A stretch of DNA of 60,650 nt, from positions 447,243-507,892 of the forward strand of contig CAZCME010000001.1 in assembly GCA_964499705.1 (NCBI GenBank). Direction: 5' to 3'. Shown here one piece after another: positions 52,885-60,650 of the stretch. The translations under genes were made by a program, and so were the position numbers. The notes under the pieces were generated by a model, which was given only the letters and a program-made list of their open reading frames with translations, did no database searches and was not told the DNA's origin. Position 1 is the stretch's first letter. Every line of letters starts with the position of its first letter. The DNA is from an uncultured bacterium. GTDB lineage: Bacteria > UBA8481.

Positions 52885-54743
52885 GCTGCTGCGGCCCGGC
52901 GGCCTGCGCCACGGAGGAGGCGAACTGCGCCCTTCTCTGGGTGCCGCTCCTGCCGATCCTGGGCGCCCTCATCTGCGCCTTTATCGGAAATCGCGTCCCG
53001 AAGCTCACCGGCTGGATCGCGACGGCGGCGGTCTTTCTTTCCTTCCTCACGGCGGCTCCCATCGCCTGGAACGCGCTCCACGGCATGCCTTCCTCGGTTG
53101 TCGCGTGGCAGTTCATTAAATCCGAGAACCTGAACGTCTCCATCTCCTTCATGGTCGATGCCCTGACGGGAGTGATGCTCTTCGTGGTGCTGGGCGTCGG
53201 CACGCTCATTCATCTTTTCTCCATCGAATACATGGCTCACGACAGAAGCGTCGCGCGCTATTTCGCCTACCTCAACATGTTCATCGCCTTCATGCTCCTC
53301 CTTATCCTCGGCGACAATCTCTTCCTTCTCTTCGTCGGATGGGAAGGCGTGGGCCTGGCGTCGTACTGCCTGATCGGATTCTGGTACGACAAGGAGGCGC
53401 CGCCGAAGGCGGGCATGAAAGCGTTCCTTGTCAATCGGATAGGCGATCTCGGTTTTCTCATGGGCCTGCTGCTGCTGGCGTATCACACGGGCTCCGCGAG
53501 CTTCGCCGACATTGCGCGCGCGACGCCGGAACTGGTGGCGACGACCGTGCCCTTCCTCGGGCACAACATGGCCCTGACGACCGTCGTGGCGGGACTATTG
53601 TTTCTTGGAGCCTGCGGCAAGTCCGCCCAGTTTCCGCTCCACGTCTGGCTTCCCGACGCGATGGAAGGTCCGACGCCCGTATCCGCGCTCATCCACGCCG
53701 CGACGATGGTGACAGCCGGCGTTTACATGACGGCGCGGCTGGACGTCATTTTCGCGGAGGCGGTGACCGTCCGGGAGCTCATGCTGATCGTCGCGGTGAT
53801 CACGTCCCTCGGCGCGGCGGCGGCCGCTCTCGCGCAGACCGATCTGAAGCGGATACTGGCCTACTCGACGATCAGCCAACTTGGTTACATGATGGCGGGC
53901 GTCGCGGCCGGCGCGCGAGAGGCCGCCGTCTTTCATCTGGCAACGCATGCCGTCTTCAAGGCGCTCCTGTTTCTATCCGCCGGTTCGATCATGCATGCGC
54001 TTTCAGGCGAACTCGACATCCGGAAGATGGGAGGGCTCTTTCGGCGGATTCCCGCGACGTCGACGATGCTCGTCATCGGAGCCCTGGGATTGGCGGGATG
54101 TCCCTTCCTGGCGGGATTCTATTCGAAGGACCTCATCATCGTTGAAGTGGCGGAGCATCATCCGGCCGCCGCGGCGCTCCTGATTCTCGGAGCATTGCTG
54201 ACGGCCTTCTATTCCGCGCGGATGGTGATGGTGGCGCTCTTCGGATCCGATCGGCTTGATCGCCATGCGGCGGATCATTGCCATGAGTCGGGGATGGTCG
54301 TTCTCATACCGCTGGCTCTCCTGGCGGGAGCCACATTCATCGTCGGGAAAATTCACATTCCGGAGATGCTGGGCCTGGAGCACCACCCGCATGTAACCTG
54401 GGCGGCGACAGGCGCGCTGGTTGCCGCTCTGGGCGGCATGATCGCCGGAGCCCTGTATTATCGCGGCCGTGTTCCCGGAGAATCCGCGGTATCGAAATTC
54501 GCGAAGTCCGGATTCGGGCTCGACGCCCTTTACGATCGTCTCTTCATCCGCCCCCTGCTGGCGCTGGCGAAATGGTCGCGCGATATCGTGGATGCGGTCT
54601 TCATCGACTCCGTGGCGCAGGGCCTGGCCAACATGACCCTGGCGATAGGGGAGTCCATGCGTTCGTTCCAATCGGGTAATCTCGGGACGTATCTCTGCTA
54701 CATGGCGGGCGGGCTCGCTATGATCCTGTGGGTGATCAGGTGA
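52881..54743 (+). CDS. nuoL: NADH-quinone oxidoreductase subunit L
   Basis: GWEGVGLASYCLIGFW, NRIGD, GKSAQFPLHVWLPDAMEGPTPVSALIHAATMVTAG. Confidence 0.97.
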   Translation: MSCCGPAACATEEANCALLWVPLLPILGALICAFIGNRVPKLTGWIATAAVFLSFLTAAPIAWNALHGMPSSVVAWQFIKSENLNVSISFMVDALTGVMLFVVLGVGTLIHLFSIEYMAHDRSVARYFAYLNMFIAFMLLLILGDNLFLLFVGWEGVGLASYCLIGFWYDKEAPPKAGMKAFLVNRIGDLGFLMGLLLLAYHTGSASFADIARATPELVATTVPFLGHNMALTTVVAGLLFLGACGKSAQFPLHVWLPDAMEGPTPVSALIHAATMVTAGVYMTARLDVIFAEAVTVRELMLIVAVITSLGAAAAALAQTDLKRILAYSTISQLGYMMAGVAAGAREAAVFHLATHAVFKALLFLSAGSIMHALSGELDIRKMGGLFRRIPATSTMLVIGALGLAGCPFLAGFYSKDLIIVEVAEHHPAAAALLILGALLTAFYSARMVMVALFGSDRLDRHAADHCHESGMVVLIPLALLAGATFIVGKIHIPEMLGLEHHPHVTWAATGALVAALGGMIAGALYYRGRVPGESAVSKFAKSGFGLDALYDRLFIRPLLALAKWSRDIVDAVFIDSVAQGLANMTLAIGESMRSFQSGNLGTYLCYMAGGLAMILWVIR

Positions 54744-54768
54744 AAAGCATGAGGGATGTAGAAATCCG

Positions 54769-56307
54769 ATGACCGGCGATCTTGCACGGCTGGTGCTGTT
54801 GATTCCGATCCTCACCATCGTCGCGCTCCTTTTCCTCAAGGGAAGAGCGGAGATCGCCAAGGCGCTGTCGCTCGTCTCCGGCATCGCTTCGCTCGTGGTC
54901 GTCACGTTTCTCGGTTTCCAGATCGAACCGGCCTGCATAACGGTCGCGCATCGATCATGGATACCCGCCTTCGGAGTTCAGTTCCACCTCGGGCTCGATC
55001 CGGTCGGATTCGCGATGCTCTGGATCACGGCATTCTCCACCTTGCTGGGGGTCGCGGCGTCCATCAGGGAGATGAATCCGAAGTCCCAAGGGGCAACCCG
55101 GGTCGTATTCCACTTCATCCTGCTCTTTGTGATCCAGGGCGCGCTGTACGGAGTCTTCATGGCGCGCGACCTGGTGCTCTTCTTCATCGCCTACGAAATC
55201 GTTCTCATTCCCATGTATCTGCTGATCCTCCTCTGGGGCGGCAAGAAGCGCGTCTACGCTTCGTTCAAGTTCCTGCTCTTCACGATGTTCGGCTCCCTGC
55301 CGATGCTCATGGCGATCGCCTACATAGGGTATTTCACCGCGTACAAGACGGGGATGCCGGTCTTCGACATGGATCAGGTGAGAGCCATGGGCCTGGAATC
55401 GTGGACGGCCGAGATTCTCCTGAAGTTTCCCTTTTTCGAGCACGTCGCGGTGAAAGTTTCCTCGATGCTCTTCGCCGGGTTCGCGCTCGCGTTTCTCGTC
55501 AAGATTCCTCTCTGGCCGCTCCACACATGGCTGCCCGACGCGCACACCGAGGCGCCGACGGCGGGCTCTATCGTGCTGGCGGGAGTGCTGTTGAAGATGG
55601 GCGCATACGGACTCGCCGCGGTCGCGATCCCGCTCTTCCCCGCGACGGCCATGAAGGCGCGTCCGATCCTCGAAGTGTTCGCGCTCTGCGGGATCATTCT
55701 CGGAGCCCTGGCCTCGCTGGCGCAGACGGACGCGAAGCGCCTGGTCGCGTATTCCTCGGTCTCGCACATGGGTTTCGTCGTGCTGGGGCTCTTTTCGTTC
55801 ACGACGGAGGGATGGCTCGGGGCCGTCATGCAGATGATGGCGCACGGCGTTTCGACGGGAGCGCTCTTCTATTTCGTGGGAGCGTTGTATCGGCGGAGGC
55901 ATGATCGGGAGCTGGCTTCCTTCGGAGGACTCTCGACCCTGGCTCCGGCGATGGCCGGCTGGTCGGCGATCGCCGTCTTCTCCTCGACGGCGCTTCCCGG
56001 CACGGCCGGTTTCGCGGCGGAGCTGATGATCCTCTTCGGCGTCTTCAGCGGCAAACCCGTTCTCGCCGCCCTCGCGGGCACCGCCGTGATCCTTTCCGCC
56101 GCCTACATGTTGAAATTCTTCAAGCAGATCGCCTTCGGCGAACCCACCCGGGAATTCCGCGACTCATGGGACGGCATGAAGACCGATGAAATCCTCGCGC
56201 TCGCCGCGTGCGGCTTGATCCTCATCGTTGTCGGCGTTGCGCCCTGGCACACGGTCTATCGCTGGCTCGATCCGGGTGTCGCGATCCTGTTGCAGGCTTT
56301 GCGATGA
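54769..56307 (+). CDS. nuoM: NADH-quinone oxidoreductase subunit M
   Basis: VKIPLWPLHTWLPDAHTEAPTAGS..LLKMG, KRLVAYSSVSHMG. Confidence 0.97.
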   Translation: MTGDLARLVLLIPILTIVALLFLKGRAEIAKALSLVSGIASLVVVTFLGFQIEPACITVAHRSWIPAFGVQFHLGLDPVGFAMLWITAFSTLLGVAASIREMNPKSQGATRVVFHFILLFVIQGALYGVFMARDLVLFFIAYEIVLIPMYLLILLWGGKKRVYASFKFLLFTMFGSLPMLMAIAYIGYFTAYKTGMPVFDMDQVRAMGLESWTAEILLKFPFFEHVAVKVSSMLFAGFALAFLVKIPLWPLHTWLPDAHTEAPTAGSIVLAGVLLKMGAYGLAAVAIPLFPATAMKARPILEVFALCGIILGALASLAQTDAKRLVAYSSVSHMGFVVLGLFSFTTEGWLGAVMQMMAHGVSTGALFYFVGALYRRRHDRELASFGGLSTLAPAMAGWSAIAVFSSTALPGTAGFAAELMILFGVFSGKPVLAALAGTAVILSAAYMLKFFKQIAFGEPTREFRDSWDGMKTDEILALAACGLILIVVGVAPWHTVYRWLDPGVAILLQALR

Positions 56308-57779
56308 CGGGCCTCGTGGAGGATTCCTCCGTGGTCGCCATCCTGCCGGAACTCATCGTTCTCGCCGCGGCGCTCCTGCTGATGATCGCCGATTTCATCG
56401 TCCCGAGGCAGCGGGAGAGATTTCCGCTTCTGGCCGCGGCGGCCGCCTGCGTGGCGCTCTTGCAGTCCGTCTTCATGCTGGAGGGACCTTACTCGGCGGT
56501 CTTCGGCGGCGCGGCCGTCGTCGATATCTGGACCGGAGCATTCCGCATCATCTCGTACTTGTCAGCGATGCTGTCGCTCCTGCTTCTGATGAGGAATCGC
56601 GCGGGCGATGTCGGCTCCGCGTGGCCGGGGGACTCGGGCGAATTATCCATACTCATCCTCCTCTCCAGCATCGGAGTCTCCGTGATGGCCGCATCGCGGG
56701 ATCTCCTCGTGACGGTGATCGCCCTGGAAATCATGTCGCTGGCCGTCTACCCGATCATCGCGCTGCCGAGGAGGAAGGCGAACCAGGAAGCGGCCGTGAA
56801 GTATTTCCTGATGGGATCCGTCGCTTCCGCGATCATGCTCTTCGGCATGTCTTTCCTCTTCCGGGATGTCGGGACGACGCGCTACATGGCTCTTCCGCAG
56901 GCGGATCAATTCAAGCTGATCGGGATGACGCTCTTTGCGATGGGGCTCTTCTTCAAGATGGCCGCCGTTCCTTTTCACTCATGGCTTCCGGACGTCTATG
57001 AGACGACGCCGTCGCAGGCGGGCGGATTCATGGCGGCGGCACTGAAGGCGGCCGCGTTCGCCGCGCTCGGTCGTTTCCTCGTCTTCACCCTGCCCAACGA
57101 ACCCCTGACGATCAAGATCTATATCGCGCTCTCCGTGGCGACGATGCTGATGGGAAACACGGCGGCTCTCCTGCAGACAAACCTCGGTCGACTCTGGGGC
57201 TACTCCGCTCTCGCGCACACCGGATTTCTCCTGATGGGAATCGCGGCATCCGCGCAGCAGCGATCCGCGAACGGACTGGGCGCCGTCGTCGTCTACCTCT
57301 TCGCGTATGTTCCGGCGGCGATCGGTATATTCGCGCTGCTGGGGATCGGGGAAAGGGAAGCGGAGATCGCGGGCCGGACCAACCAGGACGCCGGGCGGAA
57401 CCTGACGGATCTAAACGGGCTCTTCCGGCGTTGTCCCGCGTCGGCCGTCGCCCTGACGATCCTGATGGCGTCCCTGGCGGGAATACCGCCCACGGCGGGT
57501 TTCTGGGGCAAGCTGGAGATCTTCGTCGCATCTTTCGACGCGGGCCATCTCGGCCTTCTCGGCGTGGCGCTCCTGAATTCGCTCTTTGCCGCCTATTACT
57601 ACGTGCGCGTCATCCGGGAGGCCTTTACCGACGCCTCGTATGAGAAGGGGCCGGTTCCGTCGGGAATTAAATACGTCCTCGTTCTCTGCTCGATCATCAT
57701 CCTCGCATCCGGTATACTCCCCGATGTGATGATGCGCATAGCGAAAGCTGCGGCGATTTCACTGGGACATTCCTTGTGA
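56304..57779 (+). CDS. nuoN: NADH-quinone oxidoreductase subunit N
   Basis: EAAVKYFLMG, FKMAAVPFHSWLPDVYE, SLAGIPPTAGFWGK; ATGA overlap with nuoM. Confidence 0.96.
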   Translation: MTGLVEDSSVVAILPELIVLAAALLLMIADFIVPRQRERFPLLAAAAACVALLQSVFMLEGPYSAVFGGAAVVDIWTGAFRIISYLSAMLSLLLLMRNRAGDVGSAWPGDSGELSILILLSSIGVSVMAASRDLLVTVIALEIMSLAVYPIIALPRRKANQEAAVKYFLMGSVASAIMLFGMSFLFRDVGTTRYMALPQADQFKLIGMTLFAMGLFFKMAAVPFHSWLPDVYETTPSQAGGFMAAALKAAAFAALGRFLVFTLPNEPLTIKIYIALSVATMLMGNTAALLQTNLGRLWGYSALAHTGFLLMGIAASAQQRSANGLGAVVVYLFAYVPAAIGIFALLGIGEREAEIAGRTNQDAGRNLTDLNGLFRRCPASAVALTILMASLAGIPPTAGFWGKLEIFVASFDAGHLGLLGVALLNSLFAAYYYVRVIREAFTDASYEKGPVPSGIKYVLVLCSIIILASGILPDVMMRIAKAAAISLGHSL

Positions 57780-58792
57780 CACCCGGCATATTTCCACATG
57801 AGGTCACGGCGAATTCCACGAACAAGAAGGACTTCGCCGCGATCCTGGAACCCATATCACTGGAAATGGAGCTCCTGCATCACGTCATTTCGGGGTTCGT
57901 CCAGATGGCGTCGTCGACCTATTTCCCGGAAGTCGACGATCTGTGCCGAGGTGGCAAGAGGCTGCGCGCGGCGATCTGCATCGCCATGGCGAAGGCCTTC
58001 ACGAGCGACGAGGAGCGGCTTCGGAAGGCCATCGAGCTCGCGGCCTACGTCGAAGGCATCCACCTGACGTCCCTGCTGCATGACGACGTGATCGACAACG
58101 CGTCGGAGCGGCGCGGCATCCAGACGCTGCATCGCCGCTACGGGCGCACGGGCGCCATCCTGGCGGGAGACCTGCTGTATGTGAAGATCTTCCATCGGCT
58201 TCTCGAGCTGGAACAACCCGCCGCGATGCGCGTCATCGTGCAGGGAGTCATCGAGATGGTGGAAGGGGAGACATGGCAGACGATCGGAGCTGTGACCGGA
58301 AGGGAGCCGTCGATCGAGGATTATCTCGGCGGCATCGCGAAGAAGACGGCCGCGTTCATCCGGGCCGCCGCGGAAGGCGGAGCGCTGCTGGGCTCGCCGG
58401 AGCTTTCCGACTCGCAACGAGCCGCCGTCCGGATGTTCGGCCATGATTTCGGGATGGCCTTCCAGATCGTCGACGACATTCTCGATTGGACGGCCGATCC
58501 CGAGCTGCTGGGGAAGGAGCTCCTCGCCGACATCAAATCATCGAAGCTGACCCTGCCGCTCCTTCTGTTCATCGAGGACGACGCCGCGTCCGCCCGGGGT
58601 TTCATCGCGAGAGCGGCCGACGGAGCGATCCTGCCGCTGTCGACCGAAATCTCGCGCCGAGGCTACCTGCATCGCTCGTATCGGATCGCGGAGCGATACG
58701 CCGAATCGGCCGGGAAATCCCTGGATCTGATCGACGGCCGCGTCGATGTGCTCCGGGACCTGGTGAAGTTCACCTTGAGCCGATGTTTTTAG
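57776..58792 (+). CDS. Long-chain polyprenyl diphosphate synthase (IspB/HepT-like)
   Basis: GGKRLR, SLLHDDVID..RRG, KKTA, AFQIVDDILD. Confidence 0.93.
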   Translation: MTPGIFPHEVTANSTNKKDFAAILEPISLEMELLHHVISGFVQMASSTYFPEVDDLCRGGKRLRAAICIAMAKAFTSDEERLRKAIELAAYVEGIHLTSLLHDDVIDNASERRGIQTLHRRYGRTGAILAGDLLYVKIFHRLLELEQPAAMRVIVQGVIEMVEGETWQTIGAVTGREPSIEDYLGGIAKKTAAFIRAAAEGGALLGSPELSDSQRAAVRMFGHDFGMAFQIVDDILDWTADPELLGKELLADIKSSKLTLPLLLFIEDDAASARGFIARAADGAILPLSTEISRRGYLHRSYRIAERYAESAGKSLDLIDGRVDVLRDLVKFTLSRCF

Positions 58793-58806
58793 GGCGGAGA
58801 TGATTG

Positions 58807-58880
58807 CCGCAGAGACACAGGGGAACGGACGAGTGAAAAGCCCGTTGTATTCTTTTCAAGGGGGCTCAGTGCCTCCGTGG
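58807..58880. repeat. Degenerate inverted repeat at the gene junction
   Basis: CCGCAGAGACACAGGG ... CTCAGTGCCTCCGTGG; pairs mostly as RNA with G-U pairs. Confidence 0.5.
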
Positions 58881-58912
58881 AGTCTCCGCAAACCGGCCCG
58901 TTCTTCTCTTCG

Positions 58913-60001
58913 ATGACTCTTTATCTCTACGAAACTTCCGCCGATCTCGCTCCGCTCGATCTGCTTCGCCATCAGTCGGAGCTCCTTGTCGGTGCCATGA
59001 CACTGGCCGAACGCGCCGCGCTGCGGACGGGTTCCGTGCCGCTCCTCATCATGAAGGCAAGGCCGGCGCCTCTCGAAGGGGGAACGAGTTCCCGTGACGC
59101 GGGGCTGTATCTGCCGGCGAATGTGATCCTGGAGACGAACGTCGGGGAATCGGGCCGGGAGGAAGCGGGATACTGCGGGGAACGTCTGGCCTGGCTGCGC
59201 CTTCAGGCCGAGCGCGCCGCAGAGTTCGATCCGCGGGACCCGGAGAAATGCGCGATGGGTCTTCCATGCATTGAGTGCCCGGCGCTTTTTATCGACCATC
59301 CCTGGGACATCATCCGCCATCAGCCGCGATTGCTGGCGGAGGATTGCCGGACGCGGACACCGCTGCCCGGCGAACTCGCCGCACGGATCGCGCCATCGGC
59401 CGTGCTCGACGAATCCGCCGGCAAGGTCATCGTCGAGAGCGGAGCCGTGATCGAGCCGTTCGCCTACATTGTCGGCCCGGCCTGGATCGGCCGGAACGCG
59501 ATAGTGAAGGCGCATGCGGCGATCCGGCAGAGCATCATAGGCGAGGGCAGCCGCATCGGCGGCGAATTGAGCCACTCGACGATTTTTCCGCATTCCAACA
59601 AGCAGCACGATGGATTTCTCGGCCAGAGCGTCGTCGGATCGTGGGTGAATATCGGAGCGGGCGCGACGGGATCGAATCTGAAGAACACGTATGGCGAAAT
59701 CCGGATCGACGGAGAGGGAACAGGAATGAACTACCTCGGGCAGATCGTCGGCGATCATGTGAAGATCGGCATTCAGGCCGTCCTGGATACGGGATCCATC
59801 TACGGTATCTGCTCGAATATCTTCGCGTCGGGAGCCCCTTCCCCGAAGCGGATCGGCAACTTCGATTTCGCCGGCCGTCCGGCCGCGGTCGATGCCATCA
59901 TCCGGACGGCGAAGATCATGATGGCCCGCCGCGGCATGGAACTTTCCGCCTCCATGGAAACGCTGATGAGGGCTTATGGAAGTTGCCAGGACGAAGGATG
60001 A
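58913..60001 (+). CDS. GlmU-like putative sugar nucleotidyltransferase/hexapeptide acyltransferase
   Basis: LAPLDLLR..ELLVGAMTLAE N-terminus; left-handed beta-helix repeats; GGELSHSTI..SNKQHDGFLGQSVVGSWVNIGAGATGSNLKNTYG. Confidence 0.8.
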   Translation: MTLYLYETSADLAPLDLLRHQSELLVGAMTLAERAALRTGSVPLLIMKARPAPLEGGTSSRDAGLYLPANVILETNVGESGREEAGYCGERLAWLRLQAERAAEFDPRDPEKCAMGLPCIECPALFIDHPWDIIRHQPRLLAEDCRTRTPLPGELAARIAPSAVLDESAGKVIVESGAVIEPFAYIVGPAWIGRNAIVKAHAAIRQSIIGEGSRIGGELSHSTIFPHSNKQHDGFLGQSVVGSWVNIGAGATGSNLKNTYGEIRIDGEGTGMNYLGQIVGDHVKIGIQAVLDTGSIYGICSNIFASGAPSPKRIGNFDFAGRPAAVDAIIRTAKIMMARRGMELSASMETLMRAYGSCQDEG

Positions 60002-60048
60002 AAAATGCGGGATGAAGTTGCAAGCGTTCCTCTTCAACTTTTCTTTCC

Positions 60049-60534
60049 ATGCGCGCCGTAATCCAGCGAGTCCTGTCCGCGTGCGTTCGCGTTGACGGTG
60101 AAGTGGCAGGATCCATAGGCCGGGGAATACTCCTGCTGGCGGGATGCGAGAAAGGGGATACGAACGGGGACTACGAGTGGATCGCGTCCAAGGTTGTGAA
60201 CCTCCGCATCTTCCCGTCGGACCTGCCCGACGGCGGTCATTTCGAGAAATCGCTCCTCGATCTTCGTGCGGAAGGCTTCGGCAAGGAAGGCGACGCCGCC
60301 ATTCTCGCGGTCAGCCAGTTCACGCTCCTGGGCGACGCCAGAAAGGGGAGACGACCATCGTTTGCGGACGCGATGCCTGTCGAGGAAGCGAAGTCGGCGT
60401 TCGAGAATTTTCTCGGAGCGCTGCGTGAAACAGGCGTGCCCGTGGCCACGGGAGTATTCCAGGCGATGATGGAAGTGGAGTCGGTCAACCACGGCCCGGT
60501 GACGATCATCCTGGATTCGCGGAAACGGCTTTGA
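60049..60534 (+). CDS. dtd: D-aminoacyl-tRNA deacylase
   Basis: MRAVIQRV, NLRIF, SQFTL, KGRRPSF, GVFQAMMEV..NHGPVT. Confidence 0.97.
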   Translation: MRAVIQRVLSACVRVDGEVAGSIGRGILLLAGCEKGDTNGDYEWIASKVVNLRIFPSDLPDGGHFEKSLLDLRAEGFGKEGDAAILAVSQFTLLGDARKGRRPSFADAMPVEEAKSAFENFLGALRETGVPVATGVFQAMMEVESVNHGPVTIILDSRKRL

Positions 60535-60650
60535 TTTACCGGCCGCGTTCTTGATGTTTGAGTTCGGCGACTTGCAGGAGTCCGGTGATTTATTTGTGTC
60601 AACGCAAAGTAGAAAGTTCCGCTTTTCTGCAAGGTAGAAAGGTCCGCCTC

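Overview
This is a GC-rich bacterial chromosomal window from a diderm lineage that I cannot place, with one 100-N scaffold gap at 25597-25696. It contains five blocks. (1) 1-4769 (minus) is an ECF sigma/zinc anti-sigma operon followed by two exported glycogen-binding (CBM48-like) proteins; the second is missing from the ORF track because it runs off the window. (2) 4897-15739 is a redox and signalling block: a GGDEF protein, a cobalamin-riboswitch-controlled CbpA peptide and CbpB radical SAM pair, nrfHA (CXXCH-type NrfA), an NtrC-type activator, a receiver protein, a cNMP-binding protein, a globin-PAS histidine kinase, a CDF transporter, a Cys-rich duplicated-domain protein and a CxxxY-type ccmE. 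Four sigma54-like -24/-12 motifs lie in this block. (3) Between tRNA-Asn and tRNA-Leu (about 16-42.7 kb) is an envelope cluster: a type IV pilin-like protein, a GH144-like glucanase with CBM9, CBM-like lipoproteins, a PilZ-GYF-TPR protein, secG, a PilM-PilN fusion with a Pro-rich repeat insertion, PilO, a PilP-like protein, an 8x Ig-repeat exported protein and a giant 3382-aa secretin. The secretin has about 28 tandem N-domains and four C-terminal ComEA-like helix-hairpin-helix domains, and is the most striking feature. (4) An aspartate aminotransferase is followed by a nuoA,C-N operon that lacks nuoB. (5) The window ends with a polyprenyl synthetase, a GlmU-like protein and dtd. Several short inverted or tandem repeat modules sit at gene junctions, and several genes look leaderless. 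All domain calls are by eye from motifs; no searches were run.
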